DNA from: an uncultured Planctomycetaceae bacterium
GTDB lineage: Bacteria > Planctomycetota > UBA1135 > GCA-002686595
NCBI GenBank assembly: GCA_964631945.1
Contig: CAZWAY010000005.1
Location: 53,669 to 117,668, forward strand
DNA: 64,000 nt
Direction of reading: 5' to 3'
The stretch's first letter is position 1, and each line of letters opens with the position of its first letter. Made by a program: the position numbers and the translations under genes. Shown here piece after piece: positions 17,800 to 27,316 of the stretch. Under the pieces are notes generated by a model that saw only the letters and a program-made list of their open reading frames with translations, was not told where the DNA came from and ran no database searches.

Positions 17800-17913
17800 G
17801 GGGCCGCCAGTGTGCGCAGGACCGGCGGACGAGTGAAGGTGCGCGGGGAAGAATCGGCGCGCCGGCGCGTCGGAGGCGCCGCCGGGCTCTTGCGTCCGTA
17901 CAATCCCGCCGAA

Positions 17914-19974
17914 ATGGGCCGCCGAATCCTGCGCTACCTCCTGGTCGGGCTGGTCCTGCTCCTGCTCGGCGGGTTGTGGGCCTTCTCCTTCTTCTTCTTC
18001 AACCCGTTCGAGGGTGACTACGACTACCCGATCTCGAGTCTGATCCCGCGCGAGGTCGACTTCTACGCCTCGAAGAACCAGCTGCGCCGCGACTTCGATC
18101 CCTTCCCGCGCCTGGCCTTCCAGTCGGCCTTCGAGCAGAGCCCGGCCGGCAAGGCCCTGCTCGAGCTCGGCCTGCGCGAGCAGGTGGCGAGCCTGAAGAT
18201 CGAGCCGGCCCTGGCCGAGCTCGAGCGCGTGCTGGCGCAGCTGCCGGTGCACGTCGATCCGCTGTCGGTCTTCGGCGGCGAGGGCCTGGCCGTGGCCGGA
18301 CACTTCGCCGGCGCGAACCTGGCCGATGCGAAGTGGGCGCTGTACGGCCGCACCAGCTGGCTCGGCAAGCTGGCGGTCGAACTCCTGGCCGGCGGCTGGC
18401 TCGACCTGGCTGGCCAGGGCCTCACGCTGCAGCCCGTCGAGCGCGAGGGTCAGGAGCTCGGCGTGCAACTCGCCGGCGGTCAGCTCGCGCGCCCGCTGTT
18501 CCTGGCGCGGCTGCAGGACGTGGTGATCGTCGCCACCGACGCCGAGTTCCTGGTCGCGGCCGTGCAGTTCGAGAAGAAGCGCGGCCAGGATTCCCTGGGC
18601 CAGTCCGCCAAGTACGACGACCACATCAAGCTCTCGGCGCTCTCCGGTGACGAGCTCGAGCTGTACCTGGACCAGCGCGCCCTGGCGGAGAACCTGAAGC
18701 TGGCGGGCACCTGGCCCGATCCGCGCTCCAACGACCTGGCGACCGCGCTGAGCGCCAAGTTGTTCCAGCTCGGGACCCTGCGCGAGCTCATCGGAACGGT
18801 CGACTTCGCGCGCGCCGTCACGCTCGACTTCGGCGGCGAGCTCTCGTCCAACGTGCTCTCGCCCTTCCAGCAGCGTCTGTACGACCAGCGCGGATTCGAC
18901 AAGGAGCAGCTGCTGGAGGCCGCGCGCCTGGCGCCGGCCGACGTGGGCCTGTTCGCCTACCTGCACGGCGACATCGGCGACCTGCTGCGCGAGCTGCGCA
19001 CGGTGGTCAACGCGCTCGACCCGGCCGCGGTCGCGAACCTCGAGGACTTCGTGCGCGCGGCCTGGAACCACCCCGACCTCGAGCCCCTGATCGAGGACCT
19101 GGACGCGGCCCTGCGCGACCGCGTGGCCTTCTTCGTGCGCGACTACGACTACCCGCCCGAGACCGGCGCCAACGTGCCCGTGCCGCCGCACGACGACACG
19201 CCGGTCTACGCCTGGGCGCTGGTGCTGTGGCCCAAGGAACAGCCGCGCATCGACGCCATCCGCAAGGTGATCTCGCGCAACGACGTGGTCGAGATGCTGA
19301 AGATCCAGGGCGCGACCCCGGGCTCGTCGGGCCTGTGGGAGAACACGCTGCAGGGCGGCGCCAAGGTCAACGAGTACTGGAACGTGCTCGTGCCCGGCAC
19401 GGGTCACCTGGCCACGCTCGAGATGAAGGGGCGCGAGCCGTACCTGGTGATCACCAACGAGAACCGCCTGCTGGGGCAGATCTTCAAGGCCTACAACACG
19501 GGCACGACCGAGGAGGGCCTCGGGCGCCTGGCCGAGGAGACCTCGTTCCGGATCTGGGCCGCGAGCGGGCTCCCGAGCGCCAACCTGCTGGTGTGGTGCG
19601 CGCCGGGCGCGGTGGCCGAGACCACGCGCCGCATCGCGCGGCGCGGCATCGACCAGGGCGCGGCCGACAACATCGACTGGAACGTCGAGCGCCCGCGCAT
19701 CGAGCGCGAGGTCCTGGCACGCGACTTCCCGGGCGAGGTCTGGGGCAATGTCTCGGACGCCAACCGCGACTCCTACGACATGCGCGTCAAGGACGCACTC
19801 GATCGCTTCCAGGCCGAGTACCTGGAGCGGCACCTGCCCGAGCTGCGCGCCGATTCCGAGCGCTGGCTGCGCGCCTCCACGGCGATCCAGTCCTCGTTCC
19901 TCGAGCTCGCCACCGACCGCAAGCGCCTGCACCTGCACGCGCGCATCGCGCTCGGCTTCCTCACGGAGCCGTGA
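17914..19974 (+). CDS. Hypothetical membrane-anchored protein (686 aa), N-terminal TM plus large extracytoplasmic domain
   Basis: Start MGRRILRYLLVGLVLLLLGGLWAFSFFFF inside ORF 16714..19974. The preceding 400 codons of that ORF are antisense to the aminotransferase. Balanced, non-repetitive composition, but no family recognised. Confidence 0.55.
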   Translation: MGRRILRYLLVGLVLLLLGGLWAFSFFFFNPFEGDYDYPISSLIPREVDFYASKNQLRRDFDPFPRLAFQSAFEQSPAGKALLELGLREQVASLKIEPALAELERVLAQLPVHVDPLSVFGGEGLAVAGHFAGANLADAKWALYGRTSWLGKLAVELLAGGWLDLAGQGLTLQPVEREGQELGVQLAGGQLARPLFLARLQDVVIVATDAEFLVAAVQFEKKRGQDSLGQSAKYDDHIKLSALSGDELELYLDQRALAENLKLAGTWPDPRSNDLATALSAKLFQLGTLRELIGTVDFARAVTLDFGGELSSNVLSPFQQRLYDQRGFDKEQLLEAARLAPADVGLFAYLHGDIGDLLRELRTVVNALDPAAVANLEDFVRAAWNHPDLEPLIEDLDAALRDRVAFFVRDYDYPPETGANVPVPPHDDTPVYAWALVLWPKEQPRIDAIRKVISRNDVVEMLKIQGATPGSSGLWENTLQGGAKVNEYWNVLVPGTGHLATLEMKGREPYLVITNENRLLGQIFKAYNTGTTEEGLGRLAEETSFRIWAASGLPSANLLVWCAPGAVAETTRRIARRGIDQGAADNIDWNVERPRIEREVLARDFPGEVWGNVSDANRDSYDMRVKDALDRFQAEYLERHLPELRADSERWLRASTAIQSSFLELATDRKRLHLHARIALGFLTEP

Positions 19975-20059
19975 GGAGGGATGGTGCGGCCGGACGTCAC
20001 ACGTTTCGGCGAGATGCGGGCGCGGGCGGGTTTCTTGCGTTCGGTGTGACCCAGGACCG

Positions 20060-21694
20060 ATGGCGCGCGAACCACCGGGCATGAACCAGCTCGCCCTGCT
20101 CCACCACGCTCTGCTCGGGTTCCTGGCTTCTCAGGACCCCGCTACGGCCGGCTCCGTTGTTGACGTCGCCCGCGGTGACGTCGCCCTGGGAAGCGTCGTC
20201 ACGCTGGATGCGGGCCGCGTCGCTGGCGTCCTTCTGGACGAGGCCGCGGGCCTCCGCGTCTTCCGCGGCATCCCCTACGCCGCCCCGCCGGTCGGTGCGC
20301 TCCGCTGGCGTGCACCGCAGCCCGTGGCGGCCTGGGAGGGCGTGCGCGCGGCGCGGGAGTTCGGCAAGCCTTGCCCCCAGAGCCCGCTGATCGCCTACCT
20401 CAGTGGTGAGCCCTTGCCCGAGACGAGCGAGGACTGCCTGACCCTCAACGTCTGGAGCGCGGCGCGCCACGAGAGCGACGGACTGCCCGTGCTGGTGTGG
20501 ATCCACGGCGGTGGTTTCGTGGGCGGATGGGCGCACCAGAGGCTCTACGACGGTGGACACTTCGCGCGGCGCGGGCTCGTGTTCGTGTCCCTGAACTACC
20601 GACTCGGGCCGCTCGGATTCTTCTCGTTGCCCGAGCTGGGAGCGGAGGCCGAGGCGGGCCCGGATGGCGCTGCGGGCGACACGCCGGGGAACTACGGGTT
20701 GCTCGACCAGCTCGCGGCGCTGCGCTGGATCCAGACGAACATCGCCGCCTTCGGTGGAGATCCCGCCCGCGTCACGCTCCTCGGCGAATCCGCGGGCGCG
20801 ACCAGCGTGCTCGCGCTCTGCGCCTCGCCCGCGGCGCGCGGCCTGTTCCAGCGCGCCATCGCCCAGAGTCCGTGGCTCGCGGACGACCTCTTCGTGGCGC
20901 GGGGCGCAGCCGAGGCGCGTGGAAGCGAGCTGGCTGCGGCGTTGCTGGCGGGGGACTCGCCGCAGACGCTGGCGAGCCTGCGCGCCCTGCCGGCCGACGT
21001 GCTCTGGCAGAGGCTCGGCGCAGCCTTCGAGCCTCGTCTCGTACTGGGGGGGCGAGTCCTGCCCAGGGCTCCCGAGGACCTCTTCGCGGAAGGCCGCCAC
21101 AACCGCGTGCAGCTGATCGCCGGGACCACCGCCGACGAGGGCAGCGTCTTTCGAGGCCTCGTCGCGGTGGGCGCCGTGTCGTCCTACCGCCCCTGGCTGG
21201 AACAGGAGTTCGGGGCCCTGGCCGAGGACGTGTTCGACCTCTACCCCGCCGCCAGTGAGGCCGAGCTGTCGGCAGCCCTCGGTCGCTTGATCACCGACCG
21301 CTGGTTCCTGCGCGGCACGCGCTCGATCTTGCGCGCGAGCTCCCGCGCCGGGATGGGAACCTGGCAGTACCTCTTCGCGCGCGTCGATCCGCTGCAGCCC
21401 GCGCTGGGCGCGCATCACGCCGTCGAGCTTCCCTACCTCTTCGGCGCGCTCGATCCGAGCGTCGATCCGGCCGGGCGCGAGATCGCGGAGCAAATGAGCG
21501 CAGCCTGGGTCCGCTTCGCCGCGAGTGGCGACCCGAACGGGCCGGGACTCCCGGTCTGGCCACGCTTCGAGCCAGAACGCGAGGCCCACCTCGTTTTCGG
21601 CCAGCACATCGCCCTTGGCGAACGCCTGCGCGCGGCGGCCTGCGACCTGCTCGACGGGATCCGCGCCGACGCACGCGCGACGCTCGAGCGTTGA
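20060..21694 (+). CDS. Carboxylesterase type B (para-nitrobenzyl esterase-like)
   Basis: Inside ORF 19748..21694. EDCLTLNVWS, HGGGF, and nucleophile elbow GESAGATS. Start MAREPPGMNQ at 20060 (alternative 20081). Confidence 0.85.
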   Translation: MAREPPGMNQLALLHHALLGFLASQDPATAGSVVDVARGDVALGSVVTLDAGRVAGVLLDEAAGLRVFRGIPYAAPPVGALRWRAPQPVAAWEGVRAAREFGKPCPQSPLIAYLSGEPLPETSEDCLTLNVWSAARHESDGLPVLVWIHGGGFVGGWAHQRLYDGGHFARRGLVFVSLNYRLGPLGFFSLPELGAEAEAGPDGAAGDTPGNYGLLDQLAALRWIQTNIAAFGGDPARVTLLGESAGATSVLALCASPAARGLFQRAIAQSPWLADDLFVARGAAEARGSELAAALLAGDSPQTLASLRALPADVLWQRLGAAFEPRLVLGGRVLPRAPEDLFAEGRHNRVQLIAGTTADEGSVFRGLVAVGAVSSYRPWLEQEFGALAEDVFDLYPAASEAELSAALGRLITDRWFLRGTRSILRASSRAGMGTWQYLFARVDPLQPALGAHHAVELPYLFGALDPSVDPAGREIAEQMSAAWVRFAASGDPNGPGLPVWPRFEPEREAHLVFGQHIALGERLRAAACDLLDGIRADARATLER

Positions 21695-22165
21695 CGCGCG
21701 GGCGCGTGGAGGCTTCCACGACTCGCTCCGCCGCCGAGTGGAGGAAGGATGGTGCAGGCGACTGGACGTGGTTCGAATGGTTCGCGGGGGCAGTCCACGG
21801 CCTCGAACTCCGTATCCTGGAGCGGATCCAGCCGCTCGAAGTCTGCCGATCCCCGCCGATGACGAACCCTACCCCTATCGCCGATCTCGTCTCGGGAAGC
21901 CGCCTCGGACACCTTCTCGCTTCCCTTGTCCTCGTTGCCTGTGCAGCTCCCAGGTCGGGAGCACGACCAGCCAGGGCGACGTCGCGGCTGGCCTGCGCCC
22001 ACGCTCCTCGTCGAGGGGCGCGATCTCTTCGGGCTGTCGGCCCCCGCGGTCTCGACCCTGAGCTGCCGCATGTACCCGGGGGGCGCGCCAAGCATGGAAG
22101 AGATCGCCACGGCTTTGAAGGCAATCGCTTCGGGCGGCGCGGATTGAGCAGGTCGATCGGGTGAC

Positions 22166-23083
22166 ATGGCTACCCTGAAGGTCGATGTTCGGATCGAGCG
22201 CAAGCACGCGGAGTTGCCCGCCTTCGTGGTCGTTCCGGCGACGAAGCTGGCGCGCTGGAGGCTCACCGGAACGACCACGGTCGAGGGAACGCTCGACGGC
22301 GTGGCCCTGGGTCGACGGTCCCTCAAGCGCTGGGATGACGAACGCTGGTTCATCGAGTTGCGCCGGGATCTGCTCGACACCCTCGGCAAGTCGCCCGGGG
22401 ACCGTGCGACGCTGGTGATCGCTCGCGCGTCCGCGGAGCTTCCGGCCGAGCTGAAGAAACTCATCGAGACCGACGCTCAGGCTCGAAGGTGCTGGGAGTC
22501 CCGCACAGAGGCTCAAAAGCGGATGCTGCGCGAGGAAGTCGTCGCCGCGAAATCTCCGGTCGCGCGTGAGCGACGCGTCCGCCGAGCTCTCCTGCCCGTG
22601 GCGAAGCCTCCGGGGCCGCCGGTCGAGGGGCTGAGTACGGAGCCGCGATCCATTCACGTGCGCATCCTCGGCCGACGTCTGCCGGGCCGGACTTGCGGCC
22701 TGTACACCGATGTCACCGTCGGGCTCGCGGGGAAGGTCGGTTGTGATCCGACCGACCGCGTCTCTGCCGATGTCCGCGGGGCGAGCTGGGAGACTCGCAT
22801 CGAGGTTCGCGGGCAGGACGGCGTGCCCGTGTTCCGTGGTCCGGCGGTGAACGGTCCGGCACGCGAGCGGTTCCTCTACCTCACGTGGGTCGGCCGGAAG
22901 GGCGGCGCCGCTCCAGCGATGTTCCGTCGAGCGAAGCTACGCCTGGACGCCGTTCCCGCCGAAGTGCTCGCGGAGTCCATGCGCTCGGGCGTGCTGGTGG
23001 GCCGGCTCGAACTCACGGCAGCCGACGGGATGCCCGTTTGCGCCTCCATGCGCCCACCCGCGATCAAATGGTCGAGTTCGTGA
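22166..23083 (+). CDS. DUF1905 (YdeI/OmpD-associated-like) domain protein with additional C-terminal domain
   Basis: N-terminal MATLKVDVRIERKHAELPAFVVVPATKLARW...GTLDGVALGRRSLKRWDDERWFIELRRDL...EAQKRMLREEV resembles DUF1905/YdeI. C-terminal half unassigned. Confidence 0.55.
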   Translation: MATLKVDVRIERKHAELPAFVVVPATKLARWRLTGTTTVEGTLDGVALGRRSLKRWDDERWFIELRRDLLDTLGKSPGDRATLVIARASAELPAELKKLIETDAQARRCWESRTEAQKRMLREEVVAAKSPVARERRVRRALLPVAKPPGPPVEGLSTEPRSIHVRILGRRLPGRTCGLYTDVTVGLAGKVGCDPTDRVSADVRGASWETRIEVRGQDGVPVFRGPAVNGPARERFLYLTWVGRKGGAAPAMFRRAKLRLDAVPAEVLAESMRSGVLVGRLELTAADGMPVCASMRPPAIKWSSS

Positions 23084-23180
23084 TGGCACGCACGCCGATC
23101 GAAACGGAGTCCGCAGCAAGAGCTCCGTCCCCGTTGACGCCACGCTCGCGCCGAGAGCTCGAGGGCCTCGGGGTGGAAGA

Positions 23181-23265
23181 TGGTGCCCGGGACTGGATTC
23201 GAACCAGCATGGTGTTACCCGCTAGCACCTCAAGCTAGTGCGTCTGCCAATTTCGCCACCCGGGC
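23181..23265 (-). tRNA. tRNA-Leu (anticodon GAG), type II with long variable arm, CCA encoded
   Basis: Reverse complement reads GCCCGGG-TG-GCGAAATTGGCAGACGC-A-CTAGC-TTGAGGT-GCTAG-[13-nt variable arm]-GCTGG-TTCGAAT-CCAGT-CCCGGGC-A-CCA. The 7-bp acceptor stem is perfect, the anticodon stem is 5 bp, and the T-loop is TTCGAAT. Confidence 0.85.
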
Positions 23266-23427
23266 ACCTGAGGTTCGGACGGAGCGCGCTCCGTCCTGCG
23301 GGGGCGGGGAGTCTAGGCAGCGCCCCGAGCCCTGACAAGCCCGGGGCGCACCGGCCGGATTGAGTCGGGCGCGGGCCCTCGCTACGGTTCGCGCTCTCCC
23401 TCCGCGACCCATGCACCCGAGCTCCCC

Positions 23428-24627
23428 ATGAAGGCCCCGCACGGCAACGCCCTGATCGGCCAGTCCGGTGGACCCACCTGCGTCATCAACCAGAGCCTGG
23501 TCGGGATCGTCGAGGCGGCCAAGGCCTCGAAGTCGATCGCCAACGTCTACGGGGCGCTGCACGGCATCAAGGGCGTGCTGGAGGGCAAGCTGATCGACCT
23601 CGGGCGCGAGTCCAAGGAGACGCTCGAGGGCGTGGCCCGGACGCCCTGCGCGGCGCTGCGCTCGGTGCGCAAGAAGCCCACGCGCGAGGAGTGCGAGCAG
23701 GCCCTGGCGCAGTTCAAGAAGCACGACATCCGCTACTTCTTCTACCTGGGCGGCAACGACTCGGCCGAGACCGCGCACGTGCTCAACGAGCTGGCCGTGG
23801 CCCAGGGCTACGACGTGCGCCTGTTCCACGTGCCGAAGACGATCGACAACGACCTGCGCGTGAACGACCATTGCCCGGGCTACGGCTCGGCCGCGCGCTT
23901 CGTGGCCCAGGCCGTGATGGGCGACAACCTCGACAATCGCAGCCTGCCGGGCATCAAGATCGACGTGGTGATGGGCCGGCACGCCGGCTGGCTGACGGCG
24001 GCGAGCGTGCTGGCGCGCCTGCACCCCGACGACGGGCCGCACCTGGTGTACGTGCCGGAGAAGGTCTTCTCGCTGGAGCGCTTCCTCGGCGACGTGGAGC
24101 GCGTCTACGCGCGCCACGGCCGCTGCCTGATCGCGGCCTCGGAGGGCATCCACGGACCCGACGGCAAGACGCTGGTCGAGAGCAAGGAGAAGGACTCGCA
24201 CGGCAACGTGCAGCTGTCGGGTTCGGGCGCGCTGGGCGACCTGCTGGCCGAGGAGATCAAGTCCAAGCTGGGCGCCAAGCTGCGCGTGCGCGCCGACACC
24301 TTCGGCTACCTGCAGCGCTCCTTCCCCGGCGTGATCTCGCCGGTCGACGCCAAGGAGGCGCGCGCGGTGGGACGGATGGCCGTGAAGCTGGCCACGGGCA
24401 CGAAGTTCGCGCACGGCTCGGTGGCGATCGTGCGCGCCGAGGAGGGGCCCTATCGGGTGACGTTCGAGCACACCGAGCTGCGCAACGTGGCCAAGGAGAC
24501 GCGTCCGATGGAGCCGGCTCTCCTGAAGGGCGACAACGACGTGGATCCGAGCTTCCTCGAGTACGTCCGGCCGCTGGTGGGCGAGCTGCCGCCCGTGCAG
24601 CGTCTCTCGGACTTCCGCGTGGAATGA
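23428..24627 (+). CDS. pfk: 6-phosphofructokinase (PfkA family; ATP- or PPi-dependent not decidable)
   Basis: GQSGGPTCVINQS, PKTIDNDL, and MGRHAGWLTAAS. Confidence 0.9.
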   Translation: MKAPHGNALIGQSGGPTCVINQSLVGIVEAAKASKSIANVYGALHGIKGVLEGKLIDLGRESKETLEGVARTPCAALRSVRKKPTREECEQALAQFKKHDIRYFFYLGGNDSAETAHVLNELAVAQGYDVRLFHVPKTIDNDLRVNDHCPGYGSAARFVAQAVMGDNLDNRSLPGIKIDVVMGRHAGWLTAASVLARLHPDDGPHLVYVPEKVFSLERFLGDVERVYARHGRCLIAASEGIHGPDGKTLVESKEKDSHGNVQLSGSGALGDLLAEEIKSKLGAKLRVRADTFGYLQRSFPGVISPVDAKEARAVGRMAVKLATGTKFAHGSVAIVRAEEGPYRVTFEHTELRNVAKETRPMEPALLKGDNDVDPSFLEYVRPLVGELPPVQRLSDFRVE

Positions 24628-24705
24628 CGGCGCGGGGTCGCCCGGCCGTTTGGCGCCCTCTCTCCGGCCCGCTATCCTCCCCGGGCTGCACCCCGTGCGA
24701 ACGAC

Positions 24706-25704
24706 GTGACCGAGATCCAGATCCGCGACCCCGACCCCGATCCGAACGCCGGCGGCGCGGCCGAGGGTCCGGGCGAGCCCGAGAGTCCCTACAAGAACCT
24801 GCTCGTGCCGCTGGTGGTCGTGCCGGCCCTGATCGTGATGGTGCTGGTGATGGTCTTCGCGCTGTTCTCGGGCGTGGTGGGGAGCGAGGACTCGCCGCGC
24901 GAGAACCTGGACCGGGTGCTGAACGGCGGCTTCAACGAGCGTCGCCAGGCGGCCTTCGCGCTGGTGCGGCAGGTCCTGCTCTACCAGCAGGCGCGCGCGC
25001 GCGGTGAACGCCCGGAGTGGGAGATCGACGCCACCTTCCTGCCCGCCCTGGCGGCGGCCCGCGCGCAGCTCGGCCCGCCCGCCTCGGCCGACGAGCTGGC
25101 CACGGCCTTCGTGCTCTCGAGCCTCCTGGCCGAGTTCGACGACCCGGACGGCGTGAGCCAGCTGATCGACATGCTGGAGCTCTCGGACGCGCTCGATCCC
25201 GGCGGCCAGTACCGCATGAACGCGATCGCGACCCTGGGGGCGCTCGGGCCGGGGCTGGCCGAACCCGTGCGCGCGCGCGCGGCGGGGGCCCTGATCGGGC
25301 TCCTCGCGAGTCCGGACAACGCGCTGGTGCTGTCGGCCATCGCCGGCCTCCAGCGCCTGCCCGGCGAGGCCACGCGGGTCGCCCTGGAGGAGCGGCTCAC
25401 GAGCGAGCGGCTCGAGGTGCGCGCCAGCGCGGCGCTCTCGCTGGCGGAACTGGGCGATCCGGCCGGTCGGGCGGTCCTGGAGGAGATGCTGGCGCTGGCG
25501 CCCTACGAGGCCGAGCACGCGGCCAATCCGCGCAAGTGGCCGCCGCAGGTGGTCTCGGAGAGCCGGATCAAGGCGCTGGACGCGCTGGTCGCGCTCGGCG
25601 CGGCTCCCGACGAGCTCACGCTGCGCCGTCTGGGCCGTGAGGATCCCGATCCCAACGTGCGGCGCGCGGCCCTGGCCCGGGCGGCCGGCGAGCCCGCGCG
25701 CTAG
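24706..25704 (+). CDS. HEAT-repeat (PBS-lyase-like) protein with N-terminal TM anchor
   Basis: GTG start. TM is LLVPLVVVPALIVMVLVMVFALF. Repeated LGxxGDPxAxxxL-type HEAT units (LGALGPGLAEPVRARAAGALIGLL, LSLAELGDPAGRAVLEEML, PNVRRAALARAAG). Confidence 0.6.
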   Translation: MTEIQIRDPDPDPNAGGAAEGPGEPESPYKNLLVPLVVVPALIVMVLVMVFALFSGVVGSEDSPRENLDRVLNGGFNERRQAAFALVRQVLLYQQARARGERPEWEIDATFLPALAAARAQLGPPASADELATAFVLSSLLAEFDDPDGVSQLIDMLELSDALDPGGQYRMNAIATLGALGPGLAEPVRARAAGALIGLLASPDNALVLSAIAGLQRLPGEATRVALEERLTSERLEVRASAALSLAELGDPAGRAVLEEMLALAPYEAEHAANPRKWPPQVVSESRIKALDALVALGAAPDELTLRRLGREDPDPNVRRAALARAAGEPAR

Positions 25705-25890
25705 GTCGGCCTGCCTGTGCGGTTTGAAAGCCGCGGGCTTGCAGATCGGCCCCCACGCCACCATCCTGATGGCCCGCTTCGTCCCCGACCCCCAGTCGCT
25801 CCACCCGCCTCCCCCTGCGCGCGGACAGATCCCAGCGCCCCGCTCCCGGGCCGAGGCGGCCGGAACCGTGCCTCCCATCGCTCCTGAACC

Positions 25891-26490
25891 GTGGCTGACG
25901 TTTCTGACGTGAAGGAAGAGAAGCGACCCGCCGAGGGCGCCGCGCCCGGTGGGCCGCAAGGAGGCGCCGACGCGCCGGGGCTCGTGCGTGCGCCGCTGCG
26001 CGGCGAGGTCTCGCGCCGGGGACTCTTCTCGGTGCTCGGATTCGGCTGGGCGATCTTCGCCGGCGCCTCGGCCGGCATGCTGGGCGCGATGGGGCGCTTC
26101 ATGTTCCCGAACGTGCTCTACGAGCCGCCCCAGGAGTTCAAGGCGGGCTATCCCGAGGACTTCGCGGTCGACGCCGTGGACGAGCGCTTCAAGGCCACCT
26201 ACGGCGTGTGGATCGTGCGCGAGACGACCGGCTTCTACGCGCTCTCGACCGTGTGCACGCACCTCGGTTGCACGCCGAACTGGCTCTCGGCGGACGAGAA
26301 GTTCAAGTGCCCGTGCCACGGCTCGGGCTTCGTGAAGTCGGGCATCAACATCGAGGGCCCGGCGCCGCGCCCGCTCGAGCGCTACCGGATCCTCCTGGCG
26401 GAGGACGGCCAGATCCAGATCGACAAGAACACGAAGTACCAGCAGGAGAAGGGGCAGTGGGAGATGGACGGCGCCTACCTGAAGGTCTAG
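25891..26490 (+). CDS. Rieske [2Fe-2S] iron-sulfur subunit of a cytochrome b/c-type complex (TAT-exported)
   Basis: GTG start. Twin-arginine SRRGLFSVLGFGWAIFAG. Rieske boxes CTHLGC and CPCHGS. Confidence 0.9.
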   Translation: MADVSDVKEEKRPAEGAAPGGPQGGADAPGLVRAPLRGEVSRRGLFSVLGFGWAIFAGASAGMLGAMGRFMFPNVLYEPPQEFKAGYPEDFAVDAVDERFKATYGVWIVRETTGFYALSTVCTHLGCTPNWLSADEKFKCPCHGSGFVKSGINIEGPAPRPLERYRILLAEDGQIQIDKNTKYQQEKGQWEMDGAYLKV

Positions 26491-26529
26491 GCCGCAGGCT
26501 CCAGCGCCCCCACGTCCACGTCACTCGCG

Positions 26530-27306
26530 ATGCAGAAGCTCCTCCAGGCCGTCCGCGACACGCAGCTCTGGCGTTCGATCTTCCGGCACGGCTATCCGGA
26601 CACGCCGCGCAACCGCACGCTCGCGGTGCTCTCGAACACGTTCCTGCACCTGCACCCGGTCAAGGTGCGGCGCAGCGGCATCCGGCTCTCCTACACCTGG
26701 TGCATGGGGGGACTGACGTTCTTCCTGTTCCTGGTGGAGACGATCACGGGTCTCCTGCTGATGTTCTACTACCGGCCGACGGCCGAGGCCGCCTACCAGG
26801 ACATCCTCGGGATCCGCGAGCACGTCGCGCTGGGCGTGATGCGCGAGATGCACCGCTGGGCGGCGCACATGATGGTGATCACGGTGTGGTTGCACATGTA
26901 CCGGGTCTTCCTGACGGGCTCCTACAAGCCGCCGCGCGAGTTCAACTGGAACGTGGGCGTGATCCTGCTGGTGCTCACGCTGCTCCTGTCCTTCACGGGG
27001 TACCTCCTGCCCTGGGACCAGCTGGCGGTGTGGGCCATCACGGTCGGCTCGAACATGGCGCGCGCCACGCCGTTCCTCGGGCACGAGGGCCCGGGCGCTT
27101 CGCTGCTCTCCTTCGGCGGGCTCAACTTCGTGCACGCCGGCGACGACGCGCGCTTCGGTCTCCTGGCCGGGCGCTTCGTGGGCGAGGGCGCGCTGCTGCG
27201 CTTCTACGTGCTGCACTGCGTCGGGCTGCCACTGGCGGCGGCCACGCTGATGGCGATCCACTTCTGGCGGGTGCGCAAGGACGGCGGCATCTCGGGGCCG
27301 CTCTAG
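26530..27306 (+). CDS. Cytochrome b, N-terminal half (cytochrome b6-like, haem-binding four-helix bundle)
   Basis: HRWAAHMMVITVWLHMYRVFLTGSYKPPRE, plus His ligands in helices B and D (GYLLPWDQLAVWAITV). 258 aa. Confidence 0.9.
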   Translation: MQKLLQAVRDTQLWRSIFRHGYPDTPRNRTLAVLSNTFLHLHPVKVRRSGIRLSYTWCMGGLTFFLFLVETITGLLLMFYYRPTAEAAYQDILGIREHVALGVMREMHRWAAHMMVITVWLHMYRVFLTGSYKPPREFNWNVGVILLVLTLLLSFTGYLLPWDQLAVWAITVGSNMARATPFLGHEGPGASLLSFGGLNFVHAGDDARFGLLAGRFVGEGALLRFYVLHCVGLPLAAATLMAIHFWRVRKDGGISGPL

Positions 27307-27316
27307 GGCACGGCTC

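Noticed and set aside
16714-17913. N-terminal 400 codons of plus ORF 16714..19974, and the 760-codon upstream extension of minus ORF 16600..20082
   Set aside because: Each is antisense to the real gene on the other strand (aspartate aminotransferase and the 686-aa membrane protein). The real starts were assigned at 17799 (minus) and 17914 (plus).
21850-22150. Possible glutaredoxin-like (CPRC ... P-T-L-L-V-E-G) small protein split over two frames
   Set aside because: The CPRC-containing frame is not helical or protein-like downstream. The lipoprotein-pseudogene reading reported as a finding is more parsimonious, and both remain speculative.
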